A stretch of 64,000 nt of DNA from NCBI GenBank assembly GCA_964016885.1, contig OZ024746.1, forward strand, positions 48,980,001-49,044,000. Direction: 5' to 3'. Of the stretch, positions 1-12,659 are shown piece after piece (position 1 is the stretch's first letter; every line of letters starts with the position of its first letter). Position numbers and translations under genes: made by a program. The stretch comes from Eledone cirrhosa (Eukaryota). The notes beneath the pieces were generated by a model. That model searched no databases, was not told the origin of the DNA, and saw only the letters and a program-made list of their open reading frames with translations.

Positions 1-690
1 CGCACTTATACCTCGTATGAGGGTCCCTTTATTTCCGTCCCACCTATTTTATTTCTATTATTATTATTTATTTTTTTATTCTACATTATATATATATATA
101 TATATATATTTTTTAAATTTATTTATCTATTCTTTCACTTATTTGCTTATTTATTTATTTATGTATTTCTTTAGCCTAGCTATAGCGAGAGACTTATGTC
201 TTAGTAACCAGATTTTGCTTTTTTTTTTTCTCTCTCAGTACCTTTTATAGTTTTACCTTTCATTGTTCTACTTACCGTTTCGACCTCCTCCCCCTCCCCC
301 TCCCCAGTATCCTCTTTGACCTCACACCCAGCTGTAGCTGGCACTACCAACGCATGAATGGGTCTACTCCACCCCCTCTCCCTTTTTCCCCTACCGGCCG
401 GTTTAGCTACCCCTTCCCCTACCAACTTGCCATCACAGATTTACTACTAACTTGTGATGTGACCAATCCTGGTGATTATCTCTTTGACCATATATGGAAT
501 TACCCCTTGATAAGTTCGGCTATTTAAATACCAGAATAAATTTTCATTCAGTACAGAATTAGCCGTCGAAACGGCTTGAGCTCAGCCGTCGGGGTCTTAT
601 TTGTTCCTATTACCCACTCTACTACCCTAAGTATTGAGTACTTTGGTGCGTTATGGTCCACCTGGTTCCTTACCACATTTCCTTCGTTAT
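1..690 (+). repeat. Upstream pseudo-LTR (direct repeat)
   Basis: Near-identical to 3594-4271, differing by small indels in simple repeats. Confidence 0.92.
502..595 (+). ncRNA. Type I hammerhead ribozyme, U3-A8 core variant
   Basis: acccc-TTGATAA-g..cggcta/tagccg..c-GAAA-cggct/agccg-TC-ggggt: three helices, GUC cleavage triplet. Confidence 0.85.
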
Positions 691-780
691 CTAGCTCCTA
701 TCCCCGTAGTAGAGCACTTTCCGACCTTACCACACCGTATCCAGACTTTTCCTCTAAGCTCAATTTCTTTCACCCGCACC

Positions 781-2927
781 ATGCGAAAACACAATATCGA
801 CTTCTCTACCAAGAACATCCCAATCCCACCGAAAAAACTTTACCTTCGGATGCTCACGCAAAAAATCGATCTATTTGCGAAAAGACTTAGATGGAGAACT
901 TTTTTCTACGACAGATGCTGCGACAATCAGGACTTCGGTACCAAGGAGAGATTCGGATTTATTACCTACAAATCTCCCCCCCCCCCCCCGAACCCTTTGC
1001 TCTCACCCTTCGAGAATGACCTCTTCCAACTGGTCAAGAACCTTAAATTCAAACCCAGACACAACCGATTCCTACAAAAACTCCGTAGCAACTTAACAGA
1101 GTATGATAATACCAATGACATCATGGTGCATTCGGATAAAACTGGGATGGGAACCTATACTTTGTCAACCCCGACAGATACCACACACTGATCAGGAGCA
1201 GCCTAAACTCCACCTATAAAAAGGCTAACCACTCATGCATCGAGGACATTAATCGAGATGGACAACAAATTACCTCTAGCCTCGGGGTCGCCGACCGCAC
1301 CGAACCCCTAGACCCACGGACACCCTACTTCACACTGAAGGACCACAAATCCGATTTCGACCGTAAACCATCTATCAGGCTTATAAACCCAACTAAGTCC
1401 GACATAGGGAGAATCAGCAAAAAAATCTTAGACCACGTGATACCAAAAGTCAAGCAACACGCCTGACTTAGCCTATGGATCAACACCTAGGAAGTTATCT
1501 CATGGTTCAGCAATTTGGAGGATAAACGAGACACTAAATTTATCCAGTTCGACATAGAGAGCTACTATGCTTCAATCACCTTACCGCTACTTACTGCCGC
1601 CTTGGACTTCGCCGAAGCACTTGTACCCATCACCGACCAGGAAAGAAAAATCATCCTCCACGCCAGGAAGACAGTCTTACTCTTTGACAACTCCAAATGG
1701 ATAAAAAGAGCTCCTGACTCACCCTTCGACGTCAGCATGGGCGCTACGGATTCGGCGGAGGTCACAGATCTTATAGGATTATTCCTTATAGCCAAACTCA
1801 CCGATATGTTTCCTGCTTTCGGTGGTGGATTGTACCGTGATGATGCGCTCCTTACCCTTAAAGGGTACAACCCCAGTAGTACAGATCGGGTCCGCAAACA
1901 ATTAATCAGCTTCTTCCGCGACTGGGGATTTAAAATAACCCTACAAACGTCCCTGACCCGAGTTAATTTCCTGGACGTTACCCTCGATCTCAATAATGAC
2001 CTGTATTACCCATACAGGAAACCCAATAACAACGTGCACTACATCCACCGCCGATCTAACCATCCTAGGAACATCACCAACAACCTGGTCAAAGACATTT
2101 CCCTCCGTATATACCGTTTGTCAGCTAATGAGAAGATATTCGATGAACATGCGCCTTACTACAACCAGGCCCTTAAGCGGAGTGGTTTCCGGGAGGAAAT
2201 ATCCTACTGTCCAGCTCCCATTAGCAGAACCAGCAGGCGACACCGCCGCTCACGTAATTTAACATGGTTCAATCCTCCCCATAACGCCGAGGTGACAACT
2301 CCCATCGGGAAAATTTTCTTTAGGCTCATTGAAAAACACTTCCCACCACAACACCGCTACCACAACATAATTAACACAAATACCATCAAACTCTCTTACA
2401 GCACTACACCTAACTTCGCACAAAACATCGTCTCCTCCAACAACAAAAAACTCAACCCCGATGGAAGAAACAACCTAAATAGCACTGGAGAGCCGACCAG
2501 GAGGTGTAACTGTCCTGATAGATCCAGTTGCCCCCTCGACAACAGATGCAGAGACCATAATGTGATCTACCAGTGCAACGTTAGGACGGACACCTCTAAC
2601 AAAGCTTATATAGGATTAACCGCATGCGACTTCAAGACCCGGTTATACCAACACAGACTTACCTTCCGAAACTCGGCGCGGCGTCACGCCACTACACTTT
2701 CGGGCCACATATGGGACCTCATGGACAACAACATCAACTATGATCTCACTTGGAAATTACTGTCCAGAGCCAATTTATGCTCGGAGGAAACATTACAAAT
2801 GCTGTTTTCGACGGACCAACTCCTCAACAAGAAAGATGAACTGGTTACTGCATGTAAACACCGATTACGTAGGACTTACCTCGCCCTCAAACCCCACAAT
2901 GACCCGGGGGGTAGACTAGGGCTATAA
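781..2927 (+). pseudogene. PLE polyprotein (RT + C-terminal GIY-YIG endonuclease), disrupted
   Basis: N-terminus FSTKNIPIP; FDIESYYASI, DVSMGATDSAEV, LYRDDALL, FLDVTLDL, WFNPP, CNC..CPL..C, VIY..YIG motifs; 5-bp duplication frameshift near 1145; in-frame TGA 1464 and TAG 1488. Confidence 0.9.
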
Positions 2928-3593
2928 CACCCCACTTGCCTATTTTGTAATGGGTAACCCCTGCTTGCCAATGGAGACGTAAGACTTTCTTTTACATTCT
3001 TTTATCGCTTCCTCTATATTTCCCCCTTCCCCCATCCCTCCCTAGTCATTCTACCCCAGTTCCCTTTCTTTGTCGTCGTCTATTTCTCGCCCACCCGAGG
3101 TAGCCCATCGGTCCCTTGTAGCTTCAGCACCCCCACCCCCTCCCCTATTCTATGATAGATTTGGCTGACCCCTCTTTTTATAGCAGAGGTGTTAGACTTC
3201 GGATACTCGCCCCCTTCTCCGACCGCTGTCCCTTTTTTCCGTGCCTTCTATATTTCTTAGTGGCATCTTTGCTTTAATTTCTCGTTTATCCAGTATTTCT
3301 TTCTACTTTTACCCTTTTTTTTTGGGGGGGGGGGGGTGTTCCTGTATTAATTTTTACTTCGTACGATCTTTCATGTAGCTTGTATAAGACTTTTTGTTTC
3401 GTGGCGGTACCCTTAGAGTTAGCACTAGTATTTTTTTGCGGGACCCTGAATTATATTCTCGTACTAGTTTACTTTCTTGCACTGGGTGGTTGCTGGCCCT
3501 GTAATTGGGGTAGAAACCTTTATTATTTTCGTGGTAGTCTCTTTAGTATTCTGCCCCCCCCCCCCCTTTGTTGACCCGTCACCGTACGATACA

Positions 3594-4267
3594 CGCACTT
3601 ATACCTCGTATAAGGATCCCTTTATTTCCGTCCCACCTAGTTTATTTCTATTATTATTATTTTTTTTTTTTATTCTACATTATATATATATATATATTAT
3701 TTTTTTATTGATTTATCTATTCTTTCACTTATTTGCTTATTTATTTATTTATGTATTTCTTTAGCCTAGCTATAGCGAGAGACTTATGTCTTAGTAACCA
3801 GATTTTGCTTATTTTTTTTCTCTCTCAGTACCGTTTATAGTTTTACCTTTCATTGTTCTACTTACCGTTTCGACCTCCCCCCCCCCAGTATCCTCTTTGA
3901 CCTCACACCCAGCTGTAGCTGGCACTACCAACGCATGAATGGGTCTACTCCACCCCCTCTCCCTTTTTCTCCTACCGGCCGGTTTAGCTACCCTTTCCCC
4001 TACCAACTTGCCATCACAGATTTACTACTAACTTGTGATGTGACCAATCCTGGTGATTATCTCTTTGACCATATATGGAATTACCCCTTGATAAGTTCGG
4101 CTATTTAAATACCAGAATAAATTTTCATTCAGTACAGAATTAGCCGTCGAAACGGCTTGAGCTCAGCCGTCGGGGTCTTATTTGTTACTATTACCCACTC
4201 TACTACCCTAAGTATTGAGTACTTTGGTGCGTTATGGTCCACCTGGTTCCTTACCACTTTTCCTTCG

Positions 4268-4271
<4 letters not shown>
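3594..4271 (+). repeat. Downstream pseudo-LTR (direct repeat)
   Basis: Near-identical to 1-690; ends ccttcgtta then (TA)n. Confidence 0.92.
4083..4176 (+). ncRNA. Type I hammerhead ribozyme, U3-A8 core variant (second pseudo-LTR copy)
   Basis: Same motif as 502-595, offset 3581 bp. Confidence 0.85.
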
Positions 4272-4301
<30 letters not shown>

Positions 4302-4305
<4 letters not shown>

Positions 4306-5655
4306 TTTACGTATCGAGAAAGAGAAAAAAAGGGGAGATAGGTGATACATATAGTTATTTGCCAAGTAGCGTATGCCAAAGGTGCTCGATACTAGTGCCG
4401 GCAGTATTAAATATTGGAAGTGTTAATATTTAGTGGGCTAGAGAGTTAGCAGAGCGTAAGCACGTGGGAAAGTAAAAAATCGGAGAATAGACCGTTAAAA
4501 CATGTTTATTTAAAATATCACCTACGTACGTTTCGCCCAGTTGGGCTTCTCAAGGGCATAAATAATCACAAGTGTTCCTTATATTGTTCGGAAAGAGTTT
4601 TTGGGGTTAAATCCACATCAAGGTTCATTGCTCGCAAAAATATCTTGTGTTGATTTTGCTGCAGGTCAAGGGAGGTAACTCTCGCCGGTGTTAGGGCAGT
4701 CTTTCCCGGACAAATTTTTTATTTCTTTTTTTTCCGCATCCGTTTGTCTGAGGCTGGGTCTGGTATGCAAGGATTGTTTCCTGGGTGTTATTTTGCAGCG
4801 CCTGTCCGCCGGGGTGATAAGACTTGTTGCAGGGAGATCCAGTGTACTATTTCACTCTTCATCCTTAACCCATCTGAAGAAGGATATTTTTAAGCGATGT
4901 GTACAACTTATCGCTGTTTCAGCTCTGGTGTTTCAGCTCGTGGGGTGCAGTTATGATGTGGTAGAGCTCCATGAGGCAAATATCGCATTTCCTCTTGAAG
5001 TTGTACGGTGCAGCCCTGCCGACAATCTCCCAGTGCGTGGAGAAGCTGATGCTTAAGTCCTTTAGTGATGTGATGTAGTCCGCGAGCGAAGTGGAGTGCC
5101 TTACTTTTCTATTTGTGAAAGAGTGGAGATGTGTTCGAAACCTAATTTTGAACGGGCCGGAGGTGGCCCCTATATAATATTTAACGCTATTGTGGCTAGT
5201 AATAGTGCATCTATATATAACCCTATCAGTCAAGCAGTATCCTCTAAGGGGGCAGCGTCCTCTGTCGCGGCAGTTGCAATTTCTGTCGCGGTTCCGTCTA
5301 TTTCTCACGGTAAGGCTATCATTGTTGCTGCCTACGTTGTTACCTACGCTACCGCAGCTGTTGTTAGCACCATTACAACCCACAGCACGCGGGGTGGTGC
5401 GATTGTTATTCCGCACGTCATGTTCTGCATGTTCACCAGTCATTTCGCGGTTATTCTGGTTGCGTCTGCGGATGCCGTTGCCAACACTATTGGATGCTGC
5501 CAGGGAGTTGTTAAGGCCGATATAGTTATTGTCAGGTGTCGGTGCGTCTGTGTCGAGGTGCTGTGTCTTGGTGATCTTACTGTGGTTCGTTGTTCCTATG
5601 ATGTCTGCTAGGTTAGGAGTAGTAGAGAAGGATATTTTTATATTGTTCCTATTAT
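4302..5655 (-). mobile_element. 5'-truncated Naiad-type PLE (second family): GIY-YIG end plus 3' UTR
   Basis: [50 protein letters not shown]; (TA)n on both sides. Confidence 0.88.
4519..4558 (-). ncRNA. Minimal HHR-like motif, U3-A8 core
   Basis: Minus strand gccc-TTGAGAA-gccc aact gggc-GAAA-c gtac g-TA-gg; stem I only about 2 bp. Confidence 0.6.
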
Positions 5656-5671
5656 GTATATATATATAGAT

Positions 5672-6025
<354 letters not shown>

Positions 6026-6076
6026 ATATATATATATATATGTATATAAATACATATGATGTATTTAAGTATGATG

Positions 6077-6181
<105 letters not shown>

Positions 6182-6874
6182 ATGTGTGTGTGTGGATCAT
6201 ACTTAAATACATCATACCAATGTAAATATTTTAAATATAATTTCTGATATGTTTTTTGTTATTGTTGTTTTTTTTTGTACATACACAACACAAATAAACA
6301 ATGGTCAAATATATTTATTTTCCTGGTGTCTTCTAATTGTAGGTCGTATCGAACCTGTAAAATACGAAGATAGCCCACAGGTAAATTCGTTGTCGCTTGA
6401 TCATTTTTAGTGACCTACAAGAAAAGAAGACAAAATAATCTATGTAATTAGACCAGTAACTGGACAAAAATACACAGAAAGTTGATGTTAAGATGTTAAC
6501 GTAGGAAACAATATAGAAAAGAAAGCGAATGATAGATATCTGTTTGAAGTTCATTTTAGAAATGTATTTGGAGAATCAGCAACAAAGATTATTTGAAATA
6601 GAAATTTAATTATAGAAGCAAATACATAGACAGAGGTACGTTCGTTCAGCTTTAGAGTGACACCTAGACAAAAATTGGTATGTAAGGATATTTCCACAAG
6701 GTACGTCTTTAAAAAACACCTTCATACAAGATCAATAATTACATCATGAAAATGAAAATTACATTAAACGCGGACAGAGAGAGAGACATAGCCAGATAGA
6801 AAGATTGAGAAAAAAGAGTAATAAACACATATGCTAACACACATACTCACACACATATGTATATATGTATACAG

Positions 6875-6905
<31 letters not shown>

Positions 6906-6920
6906 GCGTGTGTGTGTGTG

Positions 6921-7002
<82 letters not shown>

Positions 7003-7019
7003 TATATGTACATATATAT

Positions 7020-7051
<32 letters not shown>

Positions 7052-7052
7052 G

Positions 7053-7902
7053 AATTAATAAAGTAATGAATAAACAAAGAAACAGTTCCTTATATTAAAG
7101 AAATTCATCATTTTACGATCGTTTCTAGGATATATATGTGTTAGTGTTGGTATGCATATTCTATAGATCTATGTAAAATATTTATACAAACTATCAGAGG
7201 GAATATACATACCTACACATATATATGCTGTCTTCAGGAATAATGATATTTGTTTACTGAAAAAAACAAAGATTTAATACAATAGGTCTGTTTGGGAACA
7301 GATTTTGAATTGACTAATAGAAAGATAGTGAAGGTCAAGATAGTAATATAGTAGTAAAAGAACCTTAATTTATGGGTAGAGGGAGGTAGATTTCAGTTTT
7401 GGATGGAAAAGAATATTATAAATGAAAGATTATTTTAGGGATGAAAATAGGTCGTATGCTAACCTCAGAAATAATTATAATTATTTCTGAGGTCAGCATA
7501 CGACCTATTTTCATCCCTAAAATAATCTTTCATTCATAATATTCTTTTCCATCCAAAACTGAAATCTACCTTCCTCTACCCATAAATTAAGGTTCTTTTA
7601 CTACTATATTACTATCTTGACCTTCACTATCTTTCTATTGGTCAATTCAAAACCTGGTCACAAACAGACCTATTGTATTAAATCTTTGTTTTTTTCAATA
7701 AACAAATATCATTATTCCTGAAGAGTGCATATATATGTGTAGGTATGTATATTCCCTCTGATAGTTTGTATAAATATTTTACATAGATCTATAGAATATG
7801 CATACCAACACTAACACATATATATCCTAGAAACGATCGTAAAATGATGAATTTGTTTAATATAAGGAACTGTTTCTTTGTTTATTCATTACTTTATTAA
7901 TT
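7053..7902. repeat. 850-bp palindrome with one HHR in each arm
   Basis: Arms of ~425 bp are reverse complements about centre 7477/7478, with scattered mismatches. Confidence 0.92.
7709..7850 (+). ncRNA. Type I HHR with ~100-nt stem II (mirror copy at 7105-7246, minus strand)
   Basis: tcattatt-c-CTGAAGA-g..atatatatgtgt/acacatatatat..-GAAA-cg at cg-TA-a-aatgatga; first stem I pair mismatched. Confidence 0.65.
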
Positions 7903-8039
7903 TATCTTGACTCTGTTTTCCGTTAATTTTCACCGAAATCAGTTTTTGAATGCATCTTCTCTTTTCATGATATCCGGATTACATTGAGTTCTTCATACGG
8001 ATTGGACACTACCGTAAATTTTTGGTAGATTTATCTACA

Positions 8040-8130
<91 letters not shown>

Positions 8131-8134
<4 letters not shown>

Positions 8135-8305
8135 CGTTATAACGAAATCCCGGGGTATAAAAAAGTTCGTTGTAACGAAAAATTGTTTATAAAGAAATCG
8201 ACCGAAAGAAATCGACCGTTTGTTTGTTATTACCTTGCAATTGAAAAATATTTCGTGATACTGAAAATAATTCGTTATAATGGTATTCGTTATAACGGAA
8301 TTTTA

Positions 8306-8308
<3 letters not shown>
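8131..8308. mobile_element. MITE, probably Tc1/mariner-pogo derived
   Basis: Terminal inverted repeats attccgttataacgaa / ttcgttataacggaat, internal ttcgtt(a/g)taac sub-repeats, lies in (TA)n. Confidence 0.65.
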
Positions 8309-8361
<53 letters not shown>

Positions 8362-9228
8362 CGTACATATATATATATGTGTGCATGTATGTATATATAT
8401 ATACACATACTACTGTCCGTCTGTATACATATATGTATGTACGTGTACATACTTATATTTAAGTAACAGCCGTACTTTGAGTGGGAAATGAAATATCGTT
8501 TCATTTTTTCCGTTTACCGTTTTCGGTGCACCCGGCCGATTAACCCACTGGATATGCAAATTGGGCTACTCAGCCGTTAATATGCATAAGGTAAGTATAC
8601 ACGTTCAACAATCTGTCAGGAAGGTATACAGTGCTGACGATAGCTAATAACCTTGAAACTAGTACAGCGTTCCTTTGTCAGTGTTGAACAAACGAGCAAC
8701 GATGGTTGCTAGACACTACGGCTTAATACGGGTTGTTTGTTTACAAACACACCGAGCATTATAATAAATGTTCGGTGAATCCATACGTACATATATATAT
8801 GTGTGCATGTATGTATATATATATACATACTACTGTACGTCTGTATTCATATATGTATGTACGTCTACATACTTTTATTTAAGCAACAGCCGTACTAAGA
8901 GTTGGAAATAAAATTTTGTTTCATTTTTTACGGTATCGTTTTCGGTGCACCCGGCTGATTAACCCACTCGATATGCAAATTGGGCTATTCAGCCGTTAAT
9001 ATGCATAATGTACGTATATACGTTCAACAATCTGGCAGGAAGGTATACGTTGCTGACGATAGCTAATAAGCTTGAAATTTGTACAGTGTTCCTTTGTCAG
9101 TGTTGAACAAACGAGCAACGATGGTTGCTAGGCACTGCGGCTTAATACGGGAGGTTTGTTTACAAACGCACCGAGCATTATAATGAATTTTCGGTGAATC
9201 CATACGTACATATATATATGTGTGCATG

Positions 9229-9264
<36 letters not shown>

Positions 9265-9274
<10 letters not shown>

Positions 9275-10913
9275 AATATAGACATAGAATATTCGAAAAT
9301 ATTCTGTATGTTTATAATAAACATTTTGAAGACCTAATCGCTATAGAATAGAATACGTCACGTATTACAATTAGATTCTCGATAAAAGCAAGGGAAGTAA
9401 TCTACGCGTTTCATTCTTGTTAGAAATCATCAGGACTACATATCCAGTGCTTTTATCGAGAATGACACAGCTAGAGACTTATAGAATACTTAGCTGTGTA
9501 CAGGAACTGGTTTGAAAGAGCGGTTGCCGGTCCGGCAGAAATTAGAAATTGGAATAAATGCTCTGAAATAGCGATATATATGTGAATATAGACATAGAAT
9601 ATTCGAAAATATTCTGTATGTTTATAATAAACATTTTGAAGACCTAATCGCTATAGAATAGAATACGTCACGTATTACAATTAGATTCTCGATAAAAGCA
9701 AGGGAAGTAATCTACGCGTTTCATTCTTGTTAGAAATCATCAGGACTACATATCCAGTGCTTTTATCGAGAATGACACAGCTAGAGACTTATAGAATACT
9801 TAGCTGTGTACAGGAACTGGTTTGAAAGAGCGGTTGCCGGTCCGGCAGAAATTAGAAATTGGAATAAATGCTCTGAAATAGCGATATATATGTGAATATA
9901 GACATAGAATATTCGAAAATATTCTGTATGTTTATAATAAACATTTTGAAGACCTAATCGCTATAGAATAGAATACGTCACGTATTACAATTAGATTCTC
10001 GATAAAAGCAAGGGAAGTAATCTACGCGTTTCATTCTTGTTAGAAATCATCAGGACTACATATCCAGTGCTTTTATCGAGAATGACACAGCTAGAGACTT
10101 ATAGAATACTTAGCTGTGTACAGGAACTGGTTTGAAAGAGCGGTTGCCGGTCCGGCAGAAATTAGAAATTGGAATAAATGCTCTGAAATAGCGATATATA
10201 TGTGAATATAGACATAGAATATTCGAAAATATTCTGTATGTTTATAATAAACATTTTGAAGACCTAATCGCTATAGAATAGAATACGTCACGTATTACAA
10301 TTAGATTCTCGATAAAAGCAAGGGAAGTAATCTACGCGTTTCATTCTTGTTAGAAATCATCAGGACTACATATCCAGTGCTTTTATCGAGAATGACACAG
10401 CTAGAGACTTATAGAATACTTAGCTGTGTACAGGAACTGGTTTGAAAGAGCGGTTGCCGGTCCGGCAGAAATTAGAAATTGGAATAAATGCTCTGAAATA
10501 GCGATATATATGTGAATATGTTTATTATAAACATACAGAATATTTTCGAATATTCTATGTCTATATTCACATATATATCGCTATTTCAGAGCATTTATTC
10601 CAATTTCTAATTTCTGCCGGACCGGCAACCGCTCTTTCAAACCAGTTCCTGTACACAGCTAAGTATTCTATAAGTCTCTAGCTGTGTCATTCTCGATAAA
10701 AGCACTGGATATGTAGTCCTGATGATTTCTAACAAGAATGAAACGCGTAGATTACTTCCCTTGCTTTTATCGAGAATCTAATTGTAATACGTGACGTATT
10801 CTATTCTATAGCGATTAGGTCTTCAAAATGTTTATTATAAACATACAGAATATTTTCGAATATTCTATGTCTATATTCACATATATATCGCTATTTCAGA
10901 GCATTTATTCCAA

Positions 10914-10921
<8 letters not shown>
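9265..10921. mobile_element. 310-bp HHR-containing tandem element (retrozyme-like family C): 4 units minus strand plus ~1.3 units inverted
   Basis: Units start 9271, 9581, 9891, 10201; inversion near 10518; HHRs at 9397-9439, 9707-9749, 10017-10059, 10327-10369 (-) and 10713-10755 (+). Confidence 0.92.
10713..10755 (+). ncRNA. Minimal type I HHR of family C
   Basis: gtagtc-CTGATGA-t ttct aaca agaa t-GAAA-cgcg-TA-gattac. Confidence 0.9.
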
Positions 10922-10963
<42 letters not shown>

Positions 10964-12611
10964 TACTGTACGTCTGTATACATATATGTATGTACGTGTA
11001 CATACTTATATTTAAGTAACAGTCGTACTAAGAGTGGGAAAGCAAATTTCGTTTCGTTTTTTGCTTTTATCGTTTTCGGTGCACCCGGCCGATTAACCCA
11101 CTCGATATGCAAATTGGGCTAATCAGCTGTTAATATGCATAAGGTAAGTATACACGTTCAACAAACTGGCAGGAAGGTATAAGTTGCTGACGATAGCTAA
11201 TAAGCTTGAAACTAGTACAGCGTTCCTTTGTCAGTGTTGAACAAACGGGCAACGATGGTTGCTAGACACTGCGGCTTAATACGGGATGTTTGTTTACAAA
11301 CACACCGAGCATTATAATAAATGTTAGGTGAATCCATACGTACATATATATATCTGTGCATTATGTGTATATATATACATACTACTGTACGTCTGTATAC
11401 ATATATGTATGTACGTGTACATACTTATATTTAGGTAACAGCCGTACTAAGAGTGGGAAATGGAAATTCGTTTCATTCTTTCCGGTATCGTTTTCGGTGC
11501 ACCCGGCCTATTAACCGACTCGATATGCAAATTGGGCTACTCAGCCGTTAATATGCATAAGGTAAGTATATATGTTCAACAATCTTGCAGGAAGGTATAC
11601 GTTGCTGGCGATAGCTAATAAGCTTGAAACTAGTACAGCGTTCCTTTGTCAGTTTTGAACAAACGGGCAACGATGGTTGCTAGACAGAACGGCTTAATAC
11701 GGGATGTTTGTTTACAAACACACCGAGCATTATAATAAATGTTCGATGAATCCATACGTACAAATATATATGTGTGCATGTATGTATATATATATACACA
11801 CTACTGTACGTCTTTATACATATATGTATGTACGTGTACATACTTATGTTTAAGTAACAGCCGTACTAAGAGTGCGAAATGAAATTTCGTTTCATTTTTT
11901 CCGTTTATCGTTTTCGGTGCACCCGGGCAATTAACCCAATCGATATGCAAATTGGGCAACTCAGCCGTTAATATGCATGAGGTAAGTATATACGTTCAAC
12001 AATCTGCCAGGAAGGTATACGTTGCTGGCGATAGCTAAAAAGCTTGAAACTGGTACAAGGTTCCTTTGTCAGTGTTGAACAAACGCGCAACGATGGTTGC
12101 TAGATACTACGGCATAATACGGGATGTTTGTTTACAAACACACTGAGCATTATAATAAATGTTCGGTGAATCCATAAGTACATATATATATGTGTGCATG
12201 TATGTATATATATATACATACTACTGTACGTCTGTATACATATATGTATATACGTGTACATACCTATATTTAAGTAACAGCCGTACTAAGGGTAGGAAAT
12301 GAAAATTCGTTTCATTTTTTCCGGTATCGTTTTCGGTGCACCCGGCCGATTAACCCACTCGATATGCAAATTGGGCTACTCAGCCGTTAATATGCATAAG
12401 GTAAGTATATACGTTCAACAATCTGCCAGGAATGTATACGTTGCTGGCGATAGCTAAAAAGCTTGAAACTAGTACAGCGTTCCTTTGTCAGTGTAGAACA
12501 AACGAACAACGATGGTTGCGAGACACTACGGGATGTTTGTTTAGAAACACACCGAGCATTATAATAAATGTTCGGTTAATCCATACGTACACATATATAT
12601 ATATGTGCATC

Positions 12612-12659
<48 letters not shown>

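Larger units (their letters stand above)
1..4271 (+). mobile_element. Penelope-like retroelement, Naiad-type, with direct pseudo-LTRs (5' repeat runs off the window edge)
   Basis: RT and GIY-YIG ORF flanked by direct repeats 1-690 and 3594-4271; HHR in each repeat; 3' end runs into (TA)n. Confidence 0.93.

Noticed and set aside
1464-1466. In-frame TGA as selenocysteine (some Naiad elements encode selenoproteins)
   Set aside because: Not at an evident Cys position and accompanied by a TAG (1488) and a frameshift; endonuclease cysteines are TGY codons
3151-3205. SECIS-like ATGA..GA hairpin in the Naiad 3' UTR
   Set aside because: Helix II is short and mismatched, there is no apical AA and no helix I; a SECISearch run would settle it
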